Shown here: positions 13,101 to 25,871 of the stretch, in pieces
How positions within the stretch are numbered: the first letter of the stretch is position 1
Layout: the number at the start of each line of letters is the position of its first letter
Source: Mobula hypostoma
Lineage: Eukaryota
Direction of reading: 5' to 3'
Assembly (NCBI RefSeq): GCF_963921235.1
Contig: NC_086108.1
Coordinates: 8,432,001 to 8,496,000 of the forward strand
Length of the DNA stretch: 64,000 nucleotides
Position numbers and translations under genes: made by a program
The notes under the pieces: model-generated
What the model saw: only the letters and a program-made list of their open reading frames with translations
The model's database searches: none
Told to the model about the DNA's origin: nothing

Positions 13101-16100
13101 ATGAAATGGCAAAGTGGGCTCGAGGGACCTAATGGCCCCATTCTGATCCGATGTCTTATCCGATGTCCCGGACCCGGGAGTGAAAAACAAATCGGTATTT
13201 AGCCAATTTAAGTGCCAAGCCAGATTAAAAAGATTAAAGCATCGAAGCTGAGGGTGGAGGCTCACTATTCTGGGAGGCTTTGCTCACCTTAGCACTGAAC
13301 TGACTCACAGCTGTGGCCTGTCACCATCGTCACTCACTCTGCACTGAACTGACCCTGTACCTGTGGTCTGTCAGCATCGTCACTCACTCTGCACTGAACT
13401 GACCCTGTACCTGTGGCCTGTCACCATCATCACTCACTCTGCACTGAACTGACCCTGTGACTGTGTACTTGCTTTCGGGAACCCGACGATTCATATCACG
13501 TGTCGTACTTGTTTATTTTTTATTGTTTACTTGATTTGGTCTTTTTTCGCACATTGGATGTTTGTTGGTCTTTCTTGTGTGGGGTTTTCATGGATTGTGT
13601 TTCTTTGTTTTGTGGCTGCCTGGAAAATGAATCTCAAGGTTGTATCTAATATATTTGACAACACTGGACAACAAATTTTTTTTTTGAAAGTGTCCCTTCC
13701 TCAGGATTTTTTGTTTATGATTGGCCGCTTGAAGCTGAACACAGATATAATTTCAGACTACTTGTATCATGTAGAGATTTGGAGAAACAAAAAATTAACT
13801 TTTACTGAATATAATGCATTTAATTACACAACAGTGCTGACACTTTGCAATATTTCAACCGAGCTAAAAGTGTTTTGTCAATGATTTTCATTTGCACTCA
13901 GTGTCTGAGGCTTCTCACTTAAGTGTCCAGCAATAATCAGCCAGCACTGATGGATTCCAGTCACCCTGATACCGTTTCTCCATGACTGCAATGTCCTGGT
14001 GAAACCTTTCACCATGCTCATCACTGACAGTGCCAAGATTTACAGGGAAGAAGTCTAAATGGGAACGCAGAAAATGAATCTTTAGTGACATGTTGCACTT
14101 CATGGTTTTGTATGCCTGAAGCGTGTTAACCAGCTACACGTTGTTTGATGTCTGTAGTTGCTAAGAAAGTTTTCAACAACATCCTTGAAAGTTTTCACAA
14201 CATCATTCCCGTCCTCTGGGTTCCCCCCTCCCCCTTTTCCTTCTCCCTGGGCCTCCTGTCCCATAGTCCTCTCATATCCCTTTTGCCAATCACCTATCCA
14301 GATCTTGGCTCCATCCCTCCCCCTGCTGTCTTCTCCTATCACTTTGGATCTCCCACTCCCACTTTCAAATCTCTTACTAGCTTTTCCTTCAGTTACTCCT
14401 GATGAAGGGTCTCGGCCCGAAACGTCGACTGTACCTCTTCCTAGAGATGCTGCCTGGCCTGCTGTGATAAACATACGCTGACTTTGACTCTGGCGAGCCA
14501 GTATTCAACACCCCTCCTCCAATAATCCAACACCAAACACATCCAACTCCAATTGACTATCCACTGGGGAGGGGCAGCCCTCTTTCAAAAGAAAATGGGG
14601 GCATCACGGTAGCATAGTGGTTAGCCCAACACTATTATAGGTCGGGGCGTTAGAGTTCCATCCTGTGCATTCCTTTCTGTGAGCAGATAGGTTTCCTCCC
14701 ACATTCCAAAGACGCACTGGGTAGTAGGTTAATAGGTCATTGTAATCGGGGGATTGCTGGGTGGCGTGGCTCGCAGGGCCTAATCTGTAAATAAATAAGG
14801 TAACAATCCACAAGGGAGGGGCAGCCAATTACTCTTAAAAAGAAAGCATCCAAAGCCATCTACTCTAAAACGATTTTATTAAAATTTATCAGATAAACAG
14901 AGTCCCAATCACCTGAAAATTTTTACATAGGCCGTTGTCAAAATGAAACCGCGCACAAAAGAACAGCTTAATTTTGGAATAAAACAGTTCCCCACCCCCG
15001 TTCTACGTCATGCTACAGCTTATAAGCCTGGAGCAGAAAAACTAACGTCCCATTTTGCTGATTTGTGAGACTTTGTACAATGCGGGAGAGATCTCACAGA
15101 GATTAGATGATGGAAATGGAACATCGGAAATTCTGTGAAAGCCCCCTGAATCAGAGGAGTTTGCTGGAGCTGCCACCCCAATTCCTTCATAGGGTAAATA
15201 CCCAACCTGAGCAGCCCGCTAGGCCTCACGGTGGGCAAAGACACCACCCAAAATAAGGAAGACCACTTCCCTCAGGAAAATGAATCTCACGGTAGCATAT
15301 ATGTACTTTGATAATAAAATTTACTTTGAACTTTTGAAAATCAGACAGAAACTGGAGATTCAGGCGTTGAACTGATGATTTTGTCTTGCCCTTTGGATGA
15401 GACAATTTCAGAAGTAGAATTGCTTAAATTTTCAAAGTGCCGAGATCCTTCCCTCTATGACCCCTACCACACAACAAGTCAGGACTATCCACTCATTCCT
15501 CCCCAAAGCCACAAGGACACAGAGGGTAGAGGACATTTGGAGTATTGCGTTCAGTTCTGGTCGCCTCATTATAGGAAAGATGCGTAAGCTTTAGAGAGGG
15601 TGCACGCAAGTTTGCCACCATCCTGTCTCCATTAGAGAGCGTGTGTTTATGTGGCTAGATTAAGCGAGGTACAGCTTCACTCTTTGGAGCAAAGGAGGAT
15701 GAAAGGTGATTTGATAGAAGTGTACAAGATGATAAGAGGTGTGGATCGAGTGGACAGCTAGAAACTTTTTCCCAGGATGGAAATGGCTAATACCAGGGGG
15801 CATAATTTTAAGGCAATTGGAGGAAAATATAGGTGAGGGGAATGTCAGAGGTAGCTTTTTGAAAAACACAGGCGTTATGGAGTGCCTGGAATCCACCAGC
15901 ACAGGCGGTGGTAGAAACAGATCGATTAGAAAGATTTAAGAGATCCTTAAAGATAGGCACATGGATGACAGCCATGTGGGAGGGAAGGATTAGACTGGTT
16001 TTGAAAATTAGGCACAACATTGTGGACTGAAGAGGCTAGACTGTGCTGGAATGTTCTACATTCTAGGTTTTGCTATTTTGGATCTTCCTGTCTAGAAGGG

Positions 16101-17204
16101 TTAGATTGATCTTCGTGTAGGGTAAAAGGTCAGGACAACACTGTGGACTGAAGGGCCTAGACTGTGCTGTAATGATTTGTGTTCTATGATAGTTCTTTGT
16201 TCCAGAACGGGGGACGGATTGGTGGACCAGAACATCAAGAAAATACCGAAAATGAAAACAAAAGTTTGAGGAGACAAGATTGAAGGTCAGAGCAGACAGA
16301 ATATTTACTGGTGATCTTCCCTCAGTAAGTGGAGCCCAAACCTGCTTTTTGATATTGGATATCACCGTCGGAATGCATCTGAACATTTCCAATCATCGTC
16401 ACAAGGGGTTGATGCAAGCTGTGTCTCCAAGAGGACATGGCCACCGTCATCAGGAGGAAACGTTGGAGACGGATCGGGCACGTGATGAGAAGAGAGGTCA
16501 GCTCCATCTTCAAGGCAGCACCTCACTGGACCTCAGAAGGGCGAAGGAAACACGGGAAACCAAAGACAACTCAGCACCGCACCGGAGAGGCAGAAATGAG
16601 GACCCTGAACCTCAGCTGACACACAATAGAGAAGACAGCCAAGGACAGACAGAGATCGAGGACCTTCATTAGTGACCTAAATTGATGCAAGCAGGCTTTT
16701 TCCCCTCAGCTTGGCCGAGATTGGAACCAGAGGCCAGATTTGGTGGAACGTGGGGAGGATCTTCTCCACTGGTGTGAGAGTGGAACAAGTTGTCGGACGG
16801 AGGATGGGGTGGATGCGGGTCCAGTTGCAATGTTGAAGAGCTGTTTGGATTGATTGGAGGGGTATGGTCCTGGTGTGGGTGGATGGGATAGGCAGAATAA
16901 CAATTCTAGATGGCTGAAGGGCCTGTTTCTGTGCTGTAGTGCTCCACGACTCTAATTACCTCCTTGCAGGAAATTAGTGCCACTTTGAGCCCCTGTTGAC
17001 GAGGTGGCGGCGACGACTGGGGGGTGTGGGGAGAGAGGATTCAGACTGAGTTTTCATGTGAGGAGGCTGCTCGGATAGCAACAACGATACAAACATGTTG
17101 TGCCATTACCACTGAGGTGAGGAAAACTGTGCAACCTCTCAGCCAGCGTCAACTGGCCTTCGGATTCGAGATGGGTCTGCATCCCAACATAATCCCAATA
17201 TGTA

Positions 17205-17830
17205 TCCAATCTGCACCCGACACACTCCCTATACATGTATCCGGTCTACACCCGACACATTCCCTATACATGTATCCGGTCTGTACCCGACACATTCCCT
17301 ATACATATATCCAATCTGCACCCGACACATTCCCTATACATGTATCCGGTCTGCACCCGACATATTCCCTATACATGTATCCGGTCTGCACCCCGACACA
17401 TTCCCTATACATGTATCCGGTCTGCACCCCGACACATTCCCTATACATGTATCCAGTCTGCACCCGACACATTCCCTATACATGTATCCGGTCTGCACCC
17501 CGACACATTCCCTATACATGTATCCAGTCTGCACCCCGACACATTCCCTATACATGTATCCAGTCTGCACCCCGACACATTCCCTATACATGTATCCGGT
17601 CTGCACCGCGACACATTCCCTATACATGTATCCGGTCTGCACCCCGACACATTCCCTATACATGTATCCGGTCTGTACCCGACACATTCCCTATACATTT
17701 ATCCGGTCTGCACCCCAACAGATTCCCTATACATGTATCCAGTCTGCACCCCAACACATTCCCGATACATGCATCCGGTCTGCACCCGACACATTCCCTA
17801 TACATGTTTCCGTTCTGCACCCCGACATCT
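17205..17830. repeat. Minisatellite, 35-36 bp unit (cacccgacacattccctatacatgtatccggtctg), about 17 copies
   Basis: Direct tandem repetition without spacers; the mirror copy at about 6775-6935 has only about 4-5 units. Confidence 0.92.
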
Positions 17831-17854
17831 CCAACTGAGAAATATAAACAGAAA

Positions 17855-19590
17855 CAACAGGAATTCTGCAGATGCTGGAAATTCAAGCAACATACATCAA
17901 AGTTGCTGGTGAACGCAGCAGGCCAAGCAGCATCTATAGGAAGAGGCGCAGTCGACGTTTCAGGCCGAGACCCTTCGTCAGGACTAACTGAAGGAAGAGT
18001 GAGTAAGGGATTTGAAAGCTGGAGGGGGAGGGGGAGATGCAAAATGATAGGAGAAGACAGGAGGGGGAAGGATAGAGCCGAGAGCTGGACAGATGATAGG
18101 CAAAAGGGGATATGAGAGGATCATGGGACAGGAGGTCCGGGAAGAAAGACAGGGGGGGGGTGACCCAGAGGATGGGCAAGAGGTATATTCAGAGGGACAG
18201 AGGGAGAAAAAGGAGAGTGAGAGAAAGAATGTGTGCATAAAAATGAGTAACAGATGGGGTACGAGGGGGAGGTGGGGCCTTAGCGGAAGTTAGAGAAGTC
18301 GATGTTCATGCCATCAGGTTGGAGGCTACCCAGACGGAATATAAGGTGTTGTTCCTCCAACCTGAGTGTGGCTTCATCTTTACAGTACAGGAGGCCGTGG
18401 ATAGACATGTCAGAATGGGAATGGGATGTGGAATTAAAATGTGTGGCCACTGGGAGATCCTGCTTTCTCTGGCGGACAGAGCGTAGATGTTCAGCAAAGC
18501 GGTCTCCCAGTCTGCGTCGGGTCTCACCAATAGATAAAAGGCCACAATGGGAGCACCGGACGCAGTATATCACTCCAGTCGACTCACAGGTGAAGTGATG
18601 CCTCACCTGGAAGGACTGTTTGGGGCCCTGAATGGTGGTAAGGGAGGAAGTGTAAGGGCATGTGTAGCACTTGTTCCGCTTACACGGATAAGTGCCAGGA
18701 GGTAGATCAGTGGGGAGGGATGGGGGGGACGAATGGACAAGGGAGTTGTGTAGGGAGCGATCCCTGCGGAAAGCGGGGGGGGAGGGAAAGATGTGCTTAG
18801 TGGTGGGATCCCGTTGGAGGTGGCGGAAGTTACGGAGAATAATATGTTGGACCCGGAGGCTGGTGGGGTGGTAGGTGAGGACCAGGGGAACCCTATTCCT
18901 AGTGGGGTGGTGGGAGGATGGAGTGAGAGCAGATGTACGTGAAATGGGGGAGATGCGTTTAAGAGCAGAGTTGATAGTGGAGGAAGGGAAGCCCCTTTCT
19001 TTAAAAAATGAAGACATCTCCCTCGTCCTAGAATGAAAAGCCTCATCCTGAGAGCAGATGCGGCGGAGACGGAGGAATTGCGAGAAGGGGATGGCGTTTT
19101 TGCAAGAGACAGGGTGAGAAGAGGAATAGTCCAGATAGCTGTGAGAGTCAGTAGGCTTATAGTAGACATCAGTGGATAAGCTGTCTCCAGAGACAGAGAC
19201 AGAAAGATCTAGAAAGGGGAGGGAGGTGTCGGAAATGGACCAGGTAAACTTGAGGGCAGGGTGAAAGTTGGAGGCAAAGTTAATAAAGTCGACGAGTTCT
19301 GCATGCGTGCAGGAAACAGCGCCAATGCAGTCGTCGATGTAGCGAAGGAAAAGTGGGGGACAGATACCAGAATATGCACGGAACATAGATTGTTCCACAA
19401 ACCCAACAAAAAGGCAGGCATAGCTAGGACCCATACGGGTGCCCATAGCTACACCTTTAGTTTGGAGGAAATGGGAGGAGCAAAAGGAGAAATTATTAAG
19501 AGTAAGGACTAATTCCGCTCGACGGAGCAGAGTGGTGGTGGAGGGGAACTGATTAGGTCTGGAATCCAAAAAGAAGCGTAGAGCTTTGAT
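17855..19590 (-). mobile_element. Penelope-like retroelement, 5'-truncated (RT C-terminal half plus GIY-YIG endonuclease, open frame 18280-19590)
   Basis: GVAMGTRMGPSYA...LRYIDD RT motifs, VYYKPTDSH, and GIY-YIG-type VIYCVRC...IGETRRRLGDRFAEH...HFN; 3' repeat carries a hammerhead motif. Confidence 0.92.
17950..17985 (-). ncRNA. Minimal type I hammerhead ribozyme motif in the Penelope 3' repeat
   Basis: Minus strand AGUC-CUGACGA-AGG(gucucgg)CCU-GAAAC-GUC-GACU: conserved core boxes, stem I AGUC/GACU, palindromic ACGU stem III. Confidence 0.7.
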
Positions 19591-19793
19591 ATATATAAAC
19601 AGATATATAAACAGATGTAGATTTGAAGGTTTGACAAGTTGCAATAATGGATTTTTCCGAGATGGTGTAAAAACAATATTGATGGATCAGATCCCATGAC
19701 AATCCAAGTGACATTTGTAAGGAACGTGTAAAAATAGTCACATGAGCCACTGGGCATCTAGTCACACCTACTGCCCCAGGAGGTGCAGTAGAA

Positions 19794-20953
19794 CAGGGGT
19801 CCCCAACCTTTTTTGCACTGCGGACCGGTTTCATATTGACAATATTCTTGCCGTCCGGCCGACCGGTGTGGGTGCTGGGGAATGGTTGCCAACGGACAAG
19901 AGTAGCAGTCAAATACATTGTGTTTACCCCGAAAGGACTACAATGACCATGAACCCTTGCGCGGGCATCAGTGCGCATGCGTGGCGTGAACATGCTGAAA
20001 TTCGTTTCTGCAAATTGTTTCTGGCGATTCTGTTCGGGGGGGGGTGTTAATCACGACCGGAATATAGGTGATAAGTGGCTAATACACTCAATTTCCTTTC
20101 TAAAAGGGTTTATCTAACGAATTTAATATTAAACAGACAGCACATATTTTCCTCGCATGAATATAGTGATAAGTCAATTATCAGGGGAGGACAGGGGAGC
20201 TTGAAGTAAGTGTTGATCGAGCCTCCAGTAGAAGTGGTAGAGGCAGGTTCGATATTATTTAAAAGAAAAATTGGATGGGCATATGGACAGGAAAGGAATG
20301 GAGGTTTATGGGCTGAGTGCAGGTCGGTGGGACAAGGTGAGAGTAGCGTTCGGCACGGACTAGAAGGGCAGAGATGCTGTAATTGTTATATGGTTCTGTA
20401 AGTCACTTATAAGTCAATAGCATCATAACATTTTAAGTAACGTTTGGATATTAAGCACACAGCGCATATTTTCCTCGTATAAAATCATTGCAACGCACCA
20501 ACATCGCTGAATCAGTGGGAGCCCTGGGCTGAATACTCATTTTCCTGCAACAAGACGGTCCTATCGAGGGGTGATGGGAGACAGCGATACTCGAATGGGT
20601 TTCCTTATGTCCAGTCTATTCCGGAATTTAGTTTTCGTTGCATTCACCGCAGAGATATGTTGGAAATGGAAGCAACGGTTTCAGTGCTTCCGTGTCTATT
20701 TCAGGATATTTAGCCTTGACTTTGATCCAGAATGCCGGCAGAGATGTTATGTCAAACATACTATTCAGCCCGCCATCATTTGCAAGCTCGAGGAGTTGAT
20801 CTCCTTCCCGCTCTGACACGGATGACGCGCGGGTAATAATCTCGTGTGTGTTCGAGCTCAACACAGAGCGTGACAGGGAATGAGGAAAGGTGCAGCTGAC
20901 TCATATCACCAAATCATATCGTATCCTCGCGGCCCGGTGGTTGGGGACCGCTG
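19794..20953 (-). mobile_element. Non-autonomous hAT (Charlie/Buster-like) DNA transposon
   Basis: Termini CAGGGGTCCCCAACC and GGTTGGGGACCGCTG; 8-bp target duplication cagtagaa/cagtagag; transposase C-terminal remnant DQLLELANDGGL...FWIKVKAKYPEI...LLPFPTYLC at 20628-20864. Confidence 0.85.
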
Positions 20954-23900
20954 CAGTAGAGGCTCGACTCAGACTTCACACTAAAATGGGCAATGCCATG
21001 GCAGATTAAAACTAACCTCTGTCTCTTTGCTTAGTAACATTCCTAGTTTTGTTTAACGCTTCTGAGTCATTGTGTGATCCTGCGGTTGAGTCTGAAGATG
21101 CAGTGTGACATTTTGAGGTCAAGAGTACGTCTTGTCTCCTGGGAAACCATTCAACAGTCTTATAACAGGAAGATAGAAGCTGTCTTTGAGCCTGGTAGTG
21201 TGTGCTTTCAGGCTTTTGTAGCTTCTGCTCACTGAGAGAGGGGAGAAGAGAGAATGTCTGGGGTGGATGGGATCTTTGATTCTGCCGGAAACCATTATTG
21301 TCCACTTTTGTAATTGATCATGTTTTTATGTATTGCTCTGAACTGCTGCTGCAAAGTGACCAATATTACCACATACAGTGCTGTGCCAAAGTCTTAGGCA
21401 CATATACACAGCCAGGGTGCCTAAAACTTTTGCACACGACTGTATTTGTTAACGTGGAGCAGAGAGTGAGCTTGTAAATCTGACAGGAGCAAAGGATGTT
21501 GGGGATGGTGAGTGTGGAGTGTGGGACAGGAAGGGAGTGCCAGGGGCGAGGGATGGTGCAGGTACAGACACACCCAGCCCTGAGACACCAGGCAAGGTCA
21601 TTTCATTCCAAACAACTGGTTTATTGATCATTACAGAATGTCTCTCTGATGCTTCCTGCTCCCTCCCCTCCCTCCTCTCCACGATTCCCCTCTCCCTGTC
21701 CCCCTCCCACTCTCAGTCATCGTCCATAATAGAGACCCATATCAGAATCAGGTTTATCATATGTCATGAATTTGCTCTTTATTTTGCGGCAGCAGTACAG
21801 TGCGATACATAAAATTGCTGTAGTACGCTGCAGAAGTCTTGGGAACCCGGGCTATTGTAGACACCACTGTTGCTGACCATATCAAAGGTGGTGAAGAGTC
21901 AGCATAGAGGAGGGAGATGGAAAATCTGACTCAGTGGAGCCACAACTACAACCTCTCACTCAGTGTCAGCAAGCTGAAGGAGCCGATTATAGACTTTGGG
22001 AGAAGGAAACCAGAGGTCCCTAAGCCAGTCCTCACTGAAAGGTCAGAGCCGGGGTCGGGGGGGGGGCGGTATTAGCAACTTTAAATTCCTCAGTGTTATT
22101 ATTTCGGAGAACCCGTCCTGCTCCCAGCATGCAGGGGCAACGACAGAGAAAGCATGGCATCATCTCTCCTTCCTTAGGAGTTTGAAGAGATTCAGCAGAC
22201 TTCTATAGATGTGTAGTGGAGAATGTATTGACGGGCTGCATCATGGCCTGGTATGGACACACCAATGCCTTTGAATGAGAAATCCTACAAAAGCTAGTGA
22301 ATATGGTTCGGTCCATTATTGGTAAATGCCTCCCTACCACTGAGCACATCTACATGAAACACTGTCGTAGGAAAGCAGCATCCATCGTCAGAGATCCCCA
22401 ACACCCAGGCCATGCTCTCTTCTCACTGCTGTCATCAGGTAGAAGGTAGAGGAGCCTCAGGACCCACATCACCAGGTTCAGGAACATTTATTACCCCTCA
22501 ACCATCAGGCTCCTGAATCAAAGGGGACAACTTCACTCGCCCCATCACTGAAATGTTCCCACACCAATGGACTCACTTTCAAGGATTCTTCATCTCATGT
22601 TCTCAATATTTTTTTGCTTATTTACCCATTATTATTTCTTCTTTTTGAATTTGCACAGTTTGTTGCACTCTGATTAAACACCCAAATTGGGCGGTCTTTC
22701 ATTGACTCTGTTATAGTTATTATTCAATTGATTTATTAAGTATGCCTGCAAGAAAATCAACTTCAGGATTGTATATGGTCACATATAGGTGAGGAGAGCG
22801 GGAACCAGAATGGGGAATGGGAAAAAGGGAACAGATAAATTACTGGAAGTTAGAGAAATCTAATGTAAACAGTCTGTGCTTTGGAATAGAAAGGTTGATT
22901 GTTTTATAAACGGGGAAGAAAATAAAATTCTGAGGTGCAGATGGACTTGTGCAGGATTCCCTAAAGGCTAATTTGCAGGTTGAGTCAGTGGTGAGGACAG
23001 CAAATGTAATGTTAGCATTCATTTCAAGAGGAGTAGAATATAAAAGCAAGGATGTAATGCTGAGGTGTTACAATACATTGGTGAGGTCTCACTCAGTGTT
23101 CTGAGCAGGTTTGGGCCCCTTATCTGAGAAAGGATGTGCCAATATTTGGAGAGGGTTCAAAGGAGGTTCATGAAAATGATGCTGGGATTGAAAAGCTTGT
23201 CATGTGAGGAGTTTTTCATGGCTCTGGGTCTGTACTCACTGTAATTCAGAATAATAAGGGATGACATCACTGAAACCAATCAAATGTTGAAAGGCCTCAT
23301 TAGAGTGGATATGGAGAGGGTGGTTCCTATAGAGGGAGAGTCTAGGATCAGAGGGCACAGCCTCAAGATAGGAGAATGGAGATGAGGAGGAATTTCTTTA
23401 GCTCGAGGGTGGTGAATCTGTGGAATTCGTTGCCACAGGCAGGCTGTGGAGGTCAAGTAAATGAGTGCCTTCAAAGCAGAGGTTGATAGATCCTTGATAA
23501 GTCAGGGAGAGAAAAGTTATGGGGAGAAGGCAGGAGAACGGGTTTGAGAGGGAAATGGGTCAGCCATGATGAAATGGCAAAGTGGGCTCGAGGGACCGAA
23601 TGGCCCCATTCTGATCCGATGTCTAATGGTCTTAAATCCATGTTCATGCTGTGAGGTTGGAGGCTACCCAGATGGAATATGAAGTGTTGCTCCTTCACCC
23701 CAAGTGTGGCCTCCTCATAACAGTAGAGGAAGCCATGGACCGACATGTCAGAATGGGAAGAGGAAGCAGCCAAATCTTGTGAAGGGGTGCAGCGCCCTTT
23801 CTTTCTCTCAAGAATGCAGGGACGGCCATAGTGGACATCGCTGGAGCAGACTTGGGGTTAGGCCGCAAATTTGGGCCGGGGCACCCGGACCCGGGAGTGA

Positions 23901-24278
23901 AAAACAAATTAGTAATTAGCCAATTTAAGCACCGAGCCAGATTAAAAAGATTAAAGCATCGAAGCTGAGGGTGGAGGCTCACTACTCTGGGAGGCTTTGC
24001 TCACCTTAGCACTGAACTGACTCACAGCTGTGGCCTGTCACCATCGTCACTCACTCTGCACTGAACTGACTCTGTGACTGTGTACTTGCTTTCGGGAACC
24101 CGACGATTCATATCACGTGTTGTACTTGTTTATTTTTTATTCTTTACTTGATTTGGTCTTTATTCGCACATTGGATGTTTGTTGGTCTTTCCTGTGTGGG
24201 GTTTTCATGGATTGTGTTTCTTTGTTTTGTGGCTGCCTGGAAAATGAATCTCAAGGTTGTATCTAATATATTTGACAA

Positions 24279-25046
24279 CACTGGACAACAAATTTTTTTT
24301 TAAAGTGTCCCTTCCTCAGGATTTTTTGTTTATGATAGGCCGCTTGAAGCTGAACACAGATAGAATTTCAGACTACTTGTATCATGTGGAGATTTGGAGA
24401 AACAAAAAATTAACTTTTATTGAATATATTGCATTTAATTACACAACAGTGCTGACACTTTGCAATATTTCAACCGAGCTAAAAATGTTTTGTTGATGAT
24501 TTTCATTTGTACTCAGTGTCTGAGGCTTCTCACTTAAGTGTCCAGCAATAATCTGCCAGCATTGATGGATTCCAGTTACTCTGATACCGTTTCTCCATGA
24601 CTGCAATGTCCTGGTGAAACCTTTCACCATGCTTGTTAATGACAGTGTCAACATTTACAGGGAAGAAGTCTAAATGGGAATGCAGAAAATTAATCTTTAG
24701 TGACATGTCGCACTTCATGGTTTTGTATGCCTGAAGCATGTTAACCAGCTACACGTAGTTTGATGTCTGTAGTTGCTAAGAAAGTTTTCAACAACATCCT
24801 TGAATGCCTTCTATGCAATTTTCTCTGGTCCCACTAGAAGTTCTTTAAATTGCCTGACATTGATGACCTGTTTGATTTGTGGACCAACAAAAATGCCTTC
24901 CTTAATCTTGGCATCTGTTATTCTGACTTGAATTATGAATTGAAATAACAAATATAGGTGATTTTTAATAAAAATGCTGCATGATAGGGAGTTTTAAGGT
25001 AACACCCAAAAGTATTCAGGAAGCAAAATCTTTGTTGTCCAAAGTG
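24279..25046 (-). mobile_element. Internally deleted Chapaev3-like (CMC) DNA transposon; partial copies at about 9222-9761 (+) and 13662-14205 (-)
   Basis: Transposase C-terminus MSLKINFLHSHLDFFP...HGERFHQDIAVMEKRYQSNWNPSMLADYCW; ends CACTGGACAACAAATTTT and AAAATCTTTGTTGTCCAAAGTG are imperfect inverted termini. Family assignment is from recollection. Confidence 0.6.
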
Positions 25047-25716
25047 ATAAGGATAAATACGAGGAATTCTGCAGATGCTGGAAATTCAAGCAACACACAT
25101 CAAAGTTGCTGGTGAACACAGCAGACCAGGCAGCATCTCTAGGAAGAGGTACAGTTGACCTTTCGGGCTGAGACACCTCGTCAGGACTAACTGAAGGAAG
25201 AGCTAGTAAGAGATTTCAAAGTGGGAGGAGGAGGTGGAGATCCAAAATGATAGGAGAAGACAGGAGGGGGAGGGATGGAGCCAAGAGCTGGACAGGTGAA
25301 GGGGATATGAGAGGATCATGGGACAGGAGGCCCAGGGAGAAAGACAAGGGGGAGGGGGGAAATCATGCCCATCCTTTGGGTTTCGAAACAAATCCCTCAG
25401 TCACTCAAATGTACTCTACGGTAAGGGGCAAGATCAGAGTGAGGTTCCACATCAAGGCAGAAGCCATCAGAACTAATTATCTGCCCGTGTCAACTAACTA
25501 CAAGGAGGACCCACAGGGGTACGACAGCAAAAACTATCCTTCATCATAAACAATTTAAAAGATTAAGACACAAACGTTTATGGATAAGGTAATGTCATCA
25601 GCACAGCCGTAGAGATCAAAACTGGGATACACTTATTTTAGTAATGCTGATGCAAAGATGGGGATGGATGTCTTTGCTGCACACCCAAGTGCTGGGTGTC
25701 AGCTCCTCTGCGGGGG

Positions 25717-25871
25717 TTACGCTGTGTTGATGAGGGTCTCTTTGTCCTCCCTGGAGCGCGTGCGATGGTAGGACACCACGTGGTCAGCCTTTGCCAGCTT
25801 GACGATGAAGTAGACGACGCCTCCGAGGAGTACCAGGATGCAGACGGCCAGGAGAACCACCATTGAGATCG
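25717..25871 (-). CDS. Terminal coding exon: transmembrane helix and short cytoplasmic tail (AISMVVLLAVCILVLLGGVVYFIVKLAKADHVVSYHRTRSREDKETLINTA*)
   Basis: Acceptor ccctcctctcttgccgcag in phase 1; hydrophobic run of about 23 residues followed by a basic residue; TAA at 25719-25717; tail resembles the HAI-2 DDKEQLV motif. Confidence 0.88.

Larger units (their letters stand above)
4945..21877. repeat. Large imperfect inverted repeat: left arm about 4945-10107, right arm about 13315-21877, spacer about 3.2 kb
   Basis: Mirror ORF pairs with constant coordinate sums: 24129 (7457/16672, 8109/16020, 8227/15902) and 26823 (5011/21812, 5141/21682, 5518/21305). Confidence 0.9.

Noticed and set aside
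17205..17830. CRISPR-like array of 35-36 bp units with long ORFs (363, 225 and 212 aa)
   Set aside because: Units are contiguous with no unique spacers, there are no cas genes and the context is eukaryotic; the ORFs are by-products of a stop-poor minisatellite.
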